Origin: Macrostomum hystrix
Lineage: Eukaryota; Animalia; Platyhelminthes
Reading direction: 5' to 3'
Length of the DNA: 64,000 nucleotides
Assembly: GCA_950097015.1 (NCBI GenBank)
Contig: CATNEN010000038.1
Location: 32,178,001-32,242,000 of the forward strand
Of the stretch, positions 26,701 to 38,648 are shown piece after piece (the stretch's first letter is position 1; every line of letters starts with the position of its first letter). Made by a program: the position numbers and the translations under genes. Under the pieces are notes generated by a model. The model did not search any database and had not been told where the DNA came from. It saw only the letters and a program-made list of their open reading frames with translations.

Positions 26701-29700
26701 CAAAATAATCAAGTGCAACTAATTTTTTAGCCTAAGCAAATTTGTTAGAAGTGCAAATTAACGTTCATGCATTTTTTTAACAGCAACTAGTTCTACTCGT
26801 ATTTGTAGTAATGATATGATAAACTTGCAAAAAAGGATAAATAACTTCCCAAATCTGTGCCCAAAAATCAAAGCAGATTGATGAATGAAATTGCCTAATA
26901 AATAATTTTTTTATAAATGGCACGTGTTAGGATAACTTTCCACTCAATTTTTAACAATTAAAATAAGAAAACAGTGAATAAATGACACACTATAATGACG
27001 CATTTGGGAGCTGAAAGAAGTGAAGTGCGGTCGGGGCGGTAAAAAAGCGCTTTCAATAGACGGTCTACCTGAACCAGGACAACTGTCTGTCTGTTAAATC
27101 AAATGCTTTCACTAGAATCTGAAGCTAGCTTCGCTTTCCTTGCTTCTAAATTGTGCAACTCTGCGTGTCGCCTCGACTACTACATCAAACGAAGATGGGT
27201 TAAGTAGATCCTCAAGACAAGCTTCTGGCTTTTGCATAATCTCGCGAGCTGCCATGAGCAATCGAGCGACTTCCCGCATCTTAGTAGTCACTATACGCTT
27301 GCCAGTTTTTCCTGCTGTATAGCCCTCGAAAGCATAGTAGCCTAATTCCAAAATTAACTTGTCCGATTTCACAACTTCACTGCATTCATCGCTTTTCGTT
27401 TTGCTCAGAAGATCCTGATATTGAGGTGGGTACCCACTAGGCAGACATGCTGAAAGAACCATGCATCTTCCAGCGCTCACTGCCTCAGTTCGGCCGTCGG
27501 AAGCACCACAACGCGAGCGAAATTGGCAGCGCTGAACATGGCGACTAAGATCATGAAGTCCAAAAAAACCAAAGCAGTGAACACACGGCAAATAAAAGAC
27601 TTTTTTTGTCTTCGTTGCTTGAGCTTCCTTGTTCGTGGCAGACAATAATTGCGCCTTCCTTTTCTTTCTTCATTGCTTGGATATTGTGATTGAAATCGCC
27701 TTCTAGGTGCAAACGATCGATTTTTTGTCGTATTCTAAAATCGAAAAAGGGAATGCTATGAGACAAATTAACACTTCATACGAGCTCGTACTAGTCTCAC
27801 AATTCTACTTATGTATACTTGTGTGATAGAGTATATAGAGTTAAAACATCTAGATGCAATCATGTAGAGCACCTAAACAGCAAACAGTAAAACGTTCCTG
27901 AAACGTATACTATATGAAAACACTACGCTTTATATAGTGAATGCACACTCATTACTTCACAGGCCAAATAAAAAAGAATTACCTGCTGACTTCTGATCGA
28001 ACGAAAGCGCTTATTTGAGGTCGAAGTTCTTTTGAGTGTCTTCGAATATTGTCTCCTAATCTTAGAGAAAATCTCGTCGCAAAAAATGCAGCAATGCCTC
28101 TTCTTCTCCGTCTTTAGGTGGCTCTGAGGAGGGAGATACTCGTTCTCAGAAACTTCACACCAAACATTATCTATTTCTTCTTCATCAACGAAATCAGCAG
28201 ATTTCTCTGGACACACTGCGGAAGCCGGAGTTTGAATACAATCAGCAGCGCCTGCTTCAAGATCAGCCATCTCCTGTAAAGCTGAATGCAGCGTCTTAGG
28301 AAGATTAAATGACGCAGAAGACTTGTTACGACAGGTAGCGGAATCAACTTCCAAAAGGCCACATAACAAGCTGCCGCACTCAATATGATCGCTAACAGAA
28401 ACTTTTGCAGTTGAACACATAGAAACCGTCTTCATTTTGCCAGACTTCCTTCAGTCACCAGTCCGCCTCGAAGACGACCTGCCGTCTCCAGACTGGGCCT
28501 GTCAAATTTGACATTTGTACGAGAATTCAGGATTCACAGTTCACAACTGATATCCTACTGAGACTTTGAAACAGACTGGCACATTGAAGTCAGCAGTCTG
28601 TAGGTTAGCTGGAACTCCTAAACTTCAATTCCACCGACACCTATCTTTGAGGCTCCAAAACAGACTGGCACAGTGTGTAAGCACAGTCTGTAAGTTAGCT
28701 GGACTAAAAATGAAAATAAGATTCAAAAGAAAAAGAAAAAATCAACAAAAAAGCCAAATAAACTGCAGCACTCTTGAACTTCAATTCCACCGACACCTAT
28801 CTTTGAGGCTATAAAACAGACTGGCACAGTGTGTAAGCACAGTCTGTAAGTTAGCTTGACCTCCTGAACTTCAATTCCACCTCCTATCTGTGAGGCTCTA
28901 AAACAGACTGGCACAGTGACGTCAGCACAGTCTGTAGGTTAGCTGGACTAAAAATGAAAATAAGATTTAAAAGAAAAAGAAAAAATCAACAACAAAGCCA
29001 AATAAACTGCAGCACTCTTGAACTTCAATTCCACCGACACCTATCTTTGAGGCTCTAACGCACAATTTTATATTGCGAAATCCGGGACTAAAAGACAATT
29101 AATAATGCGAAATCCGGGACTAAAATACAATTTTATAATGCGAAATCCGGGACTAGAAGACAATTAAAAATGCGAAATCCGGGACTAAGAGACAATAATG
29201 TAGGTTAGCTGCACAGATTGGCAGTGTGTAAGCACAGTCTGTAAGTTAGCTGGACCTCCTGAACTTCAATTCCACCTATCTGTGAGGCTCGAAAACAGAC
29301 TGGCACAGTGACGTCAGCACAGTCTGTAGGTTAGCTGGATTAAAAATGAAAAGAAGATTCAAAAGAAAAAGAAAAAATCAACAACAAAGCCAAATAAACT
29401 GCAGCACTCTTGAACTTCAATTCCACTGACACCTATCTTTGAGGCTCTAAAACAGACTGGCACAGTGTGTAAGCACAGTCTTCTGTAAGTTAGCTTGACC
29501 TCCTGAACTTCAATTCCACCTCCTATCTGTGAGGCTCTAAAACAGACTGGCACAGTGACGTCAGCACAGTCTGTAGGTTAGCTGGACTAAAAATGAAAAT
29601 AAGATTCAAAAGAAAAAGAAAAATTCAACAACAAAGCCAAATAAACTGCAGCACTCTTGAACTTCAATTCCACCGACACCTATCTTTGAGGCTCTAAAAC

Positions 29701-32700
29701 AGACTGGCACAGTGTGTAAGCACATTCTTCTGTAAGTTAGCTGGACCTCCTGAACTTCAATTCCACCTATCTGTGAGGCTCCAAAACAGACTGGCACAGT
29801 GACGTCAGCACAGTCTGTAGGTTAGCTGGATTAAAAATGAAAAGAAGATTCAAAAGAAAAAGAAAAATTCAACAACAAAGCCAAATAAACTGCAGCACTC
29901 TTGAACTTCAATTACACTGACACCTATCTTTGAGGCTCTAAAACAGACTGGCACAGTGACGTCAGCACAGTCTTCTGTAAGTTAGCTGGACCTCCTGAAC
30001 TTCAATTCCACCTATCTGTGAGGCTCGAAAACAGACTGGCACAGTGACGTCAGCACAGTCTGTAGGTTAGCTGGATTAAAAATGAAAAGAAGATTCAAAA
30101 GAAAAAGAAAAAATCAACAACAAAGCCAAATAAACTGCAGCACTCTTGAACTTCAATTCCACTGACACCTATCTTTGAGGCTCTAAAACAGACTGGCACA
30201 GTGTGTAAGCACAGTCTTCTGTAAGTTAGCTTGACCTCCTGAACTTCAATTCCACCTCCTATCTGTGAGGCTCTAAAACAGACTGGCACAGTGACGTCAG
30301 CACAGTCTGTAGGTTAGCTGGACTAAAAATGAAAAGAAGATTCAAAAGAAAAAGAAAAAATCAACAACAAAGCCAAATAAACTGCAGCACTCTTGAACTT
30401 CAATTCCACCGACACCTATCTTTGAGGCTCTAAAACAGACTGGCACAGTGTGTAAGCACAGTCTGTAAGTTAGCTGGACCTCCTGAACTTCAATTCCACC
30501 TATCTGTGAGGGTCTAAAACAGACTGGTACAGTGACGTCAGCACAGTCTGTAGGTTAGCTGGACTAAAAATGAAAATAAGATTCAAAAGAAAAAGAAAAA
30601 TTCAACAACAAAGCCAAATAAACTGCAGCACTCTTGAACTTCAATTCCACTGACACCTATCTTTGAGGCTCTAAAACAGACTGGCACAGTGTGTAAGCAC
30701 AGTCTGTAAGTTAGCTTGACCTTCTGAACTTTAATTCCACCTCCTATCTGTGAGGCTCTAAAACAGACTGGTACAGTGACGTCAGCACAGTCTGTAGGTT
30801 AGCTGGACTAAAAATGAAAATAAGATTCAAAAGAAAAAGAAAAATTCAACAACAAAGCCAAATAAACTGCAGCACTCTTGAACTTCAACTCCACCGACAC
30901 CTATCTTTGAGGCTCTTAAACAGACTGGTACAGTGTGTAAGCACAGTCTTCTGTAAGTTAGCTGGACCTCCTGAACTTCAATTCCACCTATCTGTGAGGC
31001 TCGAAAACAGACTGGCACAGTGACGTCAGCACAGTCTGTAGGTTAGCTGGATTAAAAATGAAAAGAAGATTCAAAAGAAAAAGAAAAAATCAACAACAAA
31101 GCCAAATAAACTGCAGCACTCTTGAACTTCAATTCCACCGACACCTATCTTTGAGGCTCTAAAACAGACTGGCACAGTGTGTAAGCACATTCTTCTGTAA
31201 GTTAGCTGGACCTCCTGAACTTCAATTCCACCTATCTGTGAGGCTCCAAAACAGACTGGCACAGTGACGTCAGCACAGTCTGTAGGTTAGCTGGATTAAA
31301 AATGAAAAGAAGATTCAAAAGAAAAAGAAAAAATCAACAACAAAGCCAAATAAACTGCAGCACTCTTGAACTTCAATTCCACTGACACCTATCTTTGAGG
31401 CTCTAAAACAGACTGGCACAGTGTGTAAGCACAGTCTGTAAGTTAGCTTGACCTCCTGAACTTCAATTCCACCTCCTATCTGTGAGGCTCTAAAACAGAC
31501 TGGCACAGTGACGTCAGCACAGTCTGTAGGTTAGCTGGACTAAAAATGAAAATAAGATTCAAAAGAAAAAGAAAAAATCAACAACAAAGCCAAATAAACT
31601 GCAGCACTCTTGAACTTCAATTCCACCGACACCTATCTTTGAGGCTCTAAAACAGACTGGCACAGTGTGTAAGCACATTCTTCTGTAAGTTAGCTGGACC
31701 TCCTGAACTTCAATTCCACCTATCTGTGAGGCTCCAAAACAGACTGGCACAGTGACGTCAGCACAGTCTGTAGGTTAGCTGGATTAAAAATGAAAAGAAG
31801 ATTCAAAAGAAAAAGAAAAAATCAACAACAAAGCCAAATAAACTGCAGCACTCTTGAACTTCAATTCCACTGACACCTATCTTTGAGGCTCTAAAACAGA
31901 CTGGCACAGTGTGTAAGCACAGTCTGTAAGTTAGCTTGACCTCCTGAACTTCAATTCCACCTCCTATCTGTGAGGCTCTAAAACAGACTGGCACAGTGAC
32001 GTCAGCACAGTCTGTAGGTTAGCTGGACTAAAAATGAAAATAAGATTCAAAAGAAAAAGAAAAAATCAACAACAAAGCCAAATAAACTGCAGCACTCTTG
32101 AACTTCAATTCAACCGACACCTATCTTTGAGGCTCTAAAACAGACTGGTACAGTGACGTCAGCACAGTCTGTAGGTTAGCTTGACCTCCTGAACTTCAAT
32201 TCCACCTCCTATCTGTGAGGCTCTAAAACAGACTGGCACAGTGACGTCAGCACAGTCTGTAGGTTAGCTGGACTAAAAATGAAAATAAGATTTAAAAGAA
32301 AAAGAAAAAATCAACAACAAAGCCAAATAAACTGCAGCACTCTTGAACTTCAATTCCACCGACACCTATCTTTGAGGCTCTAACGCACAATTTTATATTG
32401 CGAAATCCGGGACTAAAAGACAATTAATAATGCGAAATCCGGGACTAAAATACAATTTTATAATGCGAAATCCGGGACTAGAAGACAATTAAAAATGCGA
32501 AATCCGGGACTAAGAGACAATAATGTAGGTTAGCTGCACAGATTGGCAGTGTGTAAGCACAGTCTGTAAGTTAGCTGGACCTCCTGAACTTCAATTCCAC
32601 CTATCTGTGAGGCTCTAAAACAGACTGGCACAGTGACGTCAGCACAGTCTGTAAGTTAGCTGGACCTCCTGAACTTCAATTCCACCTATCTGTGAGGCTC

Positions 32701-35700
32701 GAAAACAGACTGGCACAGTGACGTCAGCACAGTCTGTAGGTTAGCTGGATTAAAAATGAAAATAAGATTCAAAAGAAAAAGAAAAAATCAACAACAAAGC
32801 CAAATAAACTGCAGCACTCTTGAACTTCAATTCCACTGACACCTATCTTTGAGGCTCTAAAACAGACTGGCACAGTGTGTAAGCACAGTCTGTAAGTTAG
32901 CTTGACCTCCTGAACTTCAATTCCACCTCCTATCTGTGAGGCTCTAAAACAGACTGGTACAGTGACGTCAGCACAGTCTGTAGGTTAGCTGGACTAAAAA
33001 TGAAAATAAGATTCAAAAGAAAAAGAAAAATTCAACAACAAAGCCAAATAAACTGCAGCACTCTTGAACTTCAATTCCACCGACACCTATCTTTGAGGCT
33101 CTAAAACAGACTGGCACAGTGTGTAAGCACATTCTTCTGTAAGTTAGCTGGACCTCCTGAACTTCAATTCCACCTATCTGTGAGGCTCCAAAACAGACTG
33201 GCACAGTGACGTCAGCACAGTCTGTAGGTTAGCTGGATTAAAAATGAAAATAAGATTCAAAAGAAAAAGAAAAAATCAACAACAAAGCCAAATAAACTGC
33301 AGCACTCTTGAACTTCAATTCCACTGACACCTATCTTTGAGGCTCTAAAACAGACTGGCACAGTGACGTCAGCACAGTCTTCTGTAAGTTAGCTGGACCT
33401 CCTGAACTTCAATTCCACCTATCTGTGAGGCTCGAAAACAGACTGGCACAGTGACGTCAGCACAGTCTGTAGGTTAGCTGGATTAAAAATGAAAAGAAGA
33501 TTCAAAAGAAAAAGAAAAAATCAACAACAAAGCCAAATAAACTGCAGCACTCTTGAACTTCAATTCCACTGACACCTATCTTTGAGGCTCTAAAACAGAC
33601 TGGCACAGTGACGTCAGCACAGTCTGTAGGTTAGCTGGACTAAAAATGAAAAGAAGATTCAAAAGAAAAAGAAAAAATCAACAACAAAGCCAAATAAACT
33701 GCAGCACTCTTGAACTTCAATTCCACCGACACCTATCTTTGAGGCTCTAAAACAGACTGGCAGTGACGTCAGCACAGTCTGTAGGTTAGCTGGACTAAAA
33801 ATGAAAAGAAGATTCAAAAGAAAAAGAAAAATCAACAACATAGCCAAATAAACCGCAGCACTCTTGAACTTCAATTCCACCGACACCTATCTTTGAGGCT
33901 CTAAAACAGACTGGCACAGTGACGTCAGCACAGTCTGTAGGTTAGCTGGACTAAAAATGAAAAGAAGATTCAAAAGAAAAAGAAAAAATCAACAACAAAG
34001 CCAAATAAACTGCAGCACTCTTGAACTTCAATTCCACCGACACCTATCTTTGAGGCTCTAAAACAGACTGGCACAGTGTGTAAGCACAGTCTGTAAGTTA
34101 GCTGGACCTCCTGAACTTCAATTCCACCTATCTGTGAGGCTCCAAAACAGACTGGCACAGTGACGTCAGCACAGTCTGTAGGTTCGCTGGATTAAAAATG
34201 AAAAGAAGATTCAAGAGAAAAAGAAAAAATCAACAACAAAGCCAAATAAACTGCAGCACTCTTGAACTTCAATTCCACTGACACCTATCTTTGAGGCTCT
34301 AAAACAGACTGGCACAGTGTGTAAGCACAGTCTGTAAGTTAGCTTGACCTTCTGAACTTTAATTCCACCTCCTATCTGTGAGGCTCTAAAACAGACTGGT
34401 ACAGTGACGTCAGCACAGTCTGTAGGTTAGCTGGACTAAAAATGAAAATAAGATTCAAAAGAAAAAGAAAAATTCAACAACAAAGCCAAATAAACTGCAG
34501 CACTCTTGAACTTCAACTCCACCGACACCTATCTTTGAGGCTCTTAAACAGACTGGTACAGTGTGTAAGCACAGTCTTCTGTAAGTTAGCTGGACCTCCT
34601 GAACTTCAATTCCACCTATCTGTGAGGCTCGAAAACAGACTGGCACAGTGACGTCAGCACAGTCTGTAGGTTAGCTGGACTAAAAATGAAAATAAGATTC
34701 AAAAGAAAGCAAAGATGCAAAGTAACTGCAGTTGGAATGCAGTTTTTCGACAACGTCGTCTGGAATATTTTTCTTTGGCTCCCAAGTATTGTTAAATCTA
34801 AAAGTCGAGTATCGTTTTATTACATAGTCAATTGAATGGCCTGTTTTTGCTGGAGATCGGAAACACGAGGAAGTGAATCTTTTGAGTTGAAAGTTGAAAA
34901 AATTATTTTATTCGGTGCTTACCTTGGGTATCCAGTCCACTTGATGTAGTATTTGTTACTGTTGCACTTCTCTATTTTCTCGACAAAGAACTGGGACTCT
35001 GTCTTGGCAGGATTTCTCCTGCGAGACATTCCTGTCTCCTCGTGGACTTGACTATTGACGAATGTTTCAGGCTAACCGAGATGCGAAATTAAGTGGTCTA
35101 TGTAAGCCTGTTTTGCTTAGACCAAGGGTTTTTACTTTTATAACGGTGGCTCTGTCTGACTTATTTAGTGGACGGACTGTCTGTACCTTAGACTGCTTCT
35201 ATTGGCTGGCATTCCCAGTGGGGGTGGGCTGAGTTTTACCAACCTCTTTCCGAAATCAGTCCAGTTAACCAATGCAGTTCTGTCTGTGTGAATTTGTTAT
35301 GCGCTTTCAGTGTCGTTTACATGGACCTCAACAGACGATTTGATGTGCGTGCAACCGTGTTTAGTGGGACCCGGAGTAAACTAAAATAACAAATATCGAT
35401 CCCGTCTTCCCTTTGGGCTTGGTGTGTTGCTCACCCCACGAGGGTTTCTGAGAGCAAAACCTTCCTTCCTCTCAAAGCCGAAACTCTTAATCTTCTTTTC
35501 TTATTGTGGTTCAGTGTGATTTCAATGTCAACAAATTGACATTCGAATGGCCGATGAGTTTAAACTTCCGTTCAAGTTCGATTTCGGTTTAATTTATTAT
35601 GTATAAAGATCAAGATCTACGATAAATAGCTTATCTGAGTTGTTAAATCAGGATTGGAGGAAAGCATCTATGCTGTATTGTTAGTACCTCAGACTCAGTG

Positions 35701-38604
35701 AAGAATCGTATTACAAGCCCCAGATATTTCGGATTAACCGATCTGACAATTAAATTTCCATGAATCAAATATAAATAAAAAGTAAATCAAAGTGAATCTA
35801 AAAGAAACTTATTATATAGATAAATACAATTGTGTAAAGGAAAGTCGATAGGCTTATAGGATACAATATCCGTTCAAACTACTATAAGCAGCTTATGCCA
35901 TGTCCATGGACTTCCCGACGCCTTATGCGACAAAGGAACCGTCTTGGGAATAGTTTTCGGGCACAAAACCGTGGGAAGGCTTTAAACAAATCTCTTTACA
36001 CTGTGTCTGCCTAATTAAGGATCGCGGAAATTAAATATATTAGTTTTTGGCGTAAAAGATGTCGCAAAAAATAAATTAGCAACAGACTGGAACAGACGAA
36101 ATTCGGAAATTTTCGTTGACAAGTATTGTTTAGTTGGACCTCTCAGACCCGGTTTAGGTGGACATCGCAAAAAGTCCATGTAAACTGAAATGCATTTTTT
36201 TCTGAAGAATAATGCCGATGATTGATGCAAGTTGCAGCACGCCTTCGTGACATGCCCTGCTCTGTTTTGTGGTCCTTATAAACCACTCAACATTGTCTGG
36301 AGCAAAAATATTCGGTGGTCCACCTAAGGTGTCTAACCATACCGAGAGGTCCTGCTAATGCGGCTACTGAACCGACGAAAGGTCCAAGCAAACACACAGA
36401 CGGCAACACAAAAGAGACAGACAGACACCCAGAACAGACAGCAGACACTCAGAAATATTGGACGCTTAAAACTGGCGCTTGCAAGAATTTGGCTTTAGCG
36501 CATCTATTCCTAATCAAACACGCCTATCATTCAGTTTACAAGTTATAGCAAAATATTTACTATTAAAAACGAACTGCACTGACCAAATCTCTCCTTCTCA
36601 TTCGCAGACCGTACGCTGAGAGCGTCGAGCGCCGTCTAAATCGTCTATCGCTGACAACTAATCTCATTGTGCTGAAGCACGAATCTTTGATGCCGCTGGC
36701 TATGGAGGATCTGGCGCGCTCCGGTGTACTGTACGCTGTCACTCTGAATCGACAGAACGAGTCGCATCAGTCGTGTACTATTAGAATATTCTATGGCCAG
36801 CAACCGTTTGGTGAGAGCGACCCTTGTGTTATTTGCCGTTTGTCTGTTCTTGATTGCCTATCTTTAGTAACACTTTCAATATATGTTTTTTGTTAATTTG
36901 TTTTTATTGATAATTATAATTGATTACACGCCCAAATTGGGTATTGCGTTATTGCGCCTAGCATCTAAAGGCTGCGTACGGCTGTTCAGTCTATGGACTG
37001 GTTGTAACACACTACGAGCGTAAAAGTGGGGAACGAACCTCGTGCTGGCAGACCGAGACCGGTTTCTGGCTTGTTTTGCCTTCGTCAGTTAGCCATAGCC
37101 ACACGCCGTCCTCTCCCACCACTCTTAGTGTGCACAGAAGTCTCTTTTAAGCTTGCCATTTTTATGGCGATATTTTTTAGTGTTATGTGAGAGTTTTGCA
37201 GCCAAGTCTTTGCTTTTCTACTGTTGTCAGTAGTCTGAATTGTATCTCTCACACTGGTGATAAAGACGCCACACCCACTCACAATTACCCCAGCTAGCTC
37301 TGGCACCCATTTAACCGCTGGATGAACTGAAGCAATGCAGGGTTAAGTGTCTTGCTAAAGTACACATTTTTCCTGTGTAGTCGGGAATCGAAACCCCGAC
37401 CTTTAAGTCGTGAGTCCAACGTTAAAGCTCTAGCCGCTATACGATGCTCTCAACTTCTCATTATCCAAAACCAGAGCACCGCAACATGCCTATTGATGAA
37501 GCCCAGGCTATGCTCAGTCGCCACTTTGACTCGGTGCTTCGCGACCTACGTGAGCTGCCTCCGCCGCCGTCAATGTCGGCGCCATCGCTGGCCGACCGTT
37601 TTCCGCCGGGATTCGTCAAGCCAACACCGAGACTGATCTACCTGCTTGGCCTGCTAGCCGATTATAGAATGCTAACTAGTCAGGAGCTGGACGAAGTGGC
37701 CGACTTTGTCAATGCCAGACGCGAACGATTAGCTGTCACTGCTGCTGGCGGCGTGGGGGTGGGCGGACCCGCCGCAGCCTCCGATGGGACCTGTGAGTGT
37801 TTCGTTTCTCATTATTTTGTTATTTGTTGTTGTTGTTTTTTGTCATTGTTGCTTTGGGTTAATTTTTCTTGCGTCTTTTTATTTTCGTCTAACTGTTTCC
37901 TTTTTGTCTTTTTCTGCCTACATCAGTTTGTCATTTTCTACTCATCAGTTTGTCATTTTCTTCATTGATCAGTTTGTCATTTTCTACTCATCAGTTTGTC
38001 ATTTTCTTCATTGATCAGTTTGTCATTTTCCACTCAGATCAGTTTGTCATTTTCTTCTCATCAGTTTGTCATTTTCTACTCATCAGTTTGTCATTTTCTT
38101 CATTGATCAGTTTGTCATTTTCTACTCATCAGTTTGTCATTTTCTTCATTGATCAGTTTGTCATTTTCCACTCAGATCAGTTTGTCATTTTCTACTCATC
38201 AGTTTGTCATTTTCTTCATTGATCAGTTTGTCATTTTCCACTCAGATCAGTTTGTCATTTTCGACTCAGATCAGATTGTCATTCTCTACTTGCCATGTCT
38301 GTGAGCGCGATAGAGCTAGTCCGCCATTTATTTGATGTTTTGTACTACATATGTTTCTTTCAGATCCGGCTTTCTATCAGTCTCAGGCTGCAACAAACCC
38401 GACACCTATCAGTGAGCCACAACAGCAGCTACGGCTGCAACAGCAGCAGCAGCAGCAGCATTCTTTAGCCTATCATCAGCAACAGCAGCATCGTGCCGAG
38501 GCTGCTCGGCCGCCTCCGCTTTCTCATCAGCGACCGCAGCCGCCGATGCCAACTCCGACACCTCAACTGCCGCTACAGCAGCAGCCGCCGCCGCAGAGAA
38601 TTCA

Positions 38605-38648
<44 letters not shown>

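Larger units (their letters stand above)
26278..36404 (-). mobile_element. Crypton-like element, unit B (chromodomain, 244-bp satellite, truncated paralogue of the unit A gene)
   Basis: Imperfect inverted ends GTCTGTGTGTTTAGCAGGACC (26285-26305) and GGTCCAAGCAAACACACAGAC (36381-36401); mirrored TTAGGTGGACC/TTAGCAGGACC motifs; flanked by 17-bp repeats. Confidence 0.68.

Noticed and set aside
29059-29200. 31-bp repeats as a mini-CRISPR
   Set aside because: The intervening 14-bp segments are near-identical AT-rich sequence, not spacers.
28570-34707. CRISPR-like or small-peptide gene array (many 62-64 aa MPVCF.. ORFs)
   Set aside because: There are no unique spacers and no cas genes, and the context is eukaryotic. 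The ORFs start at GTG inside repeat units.
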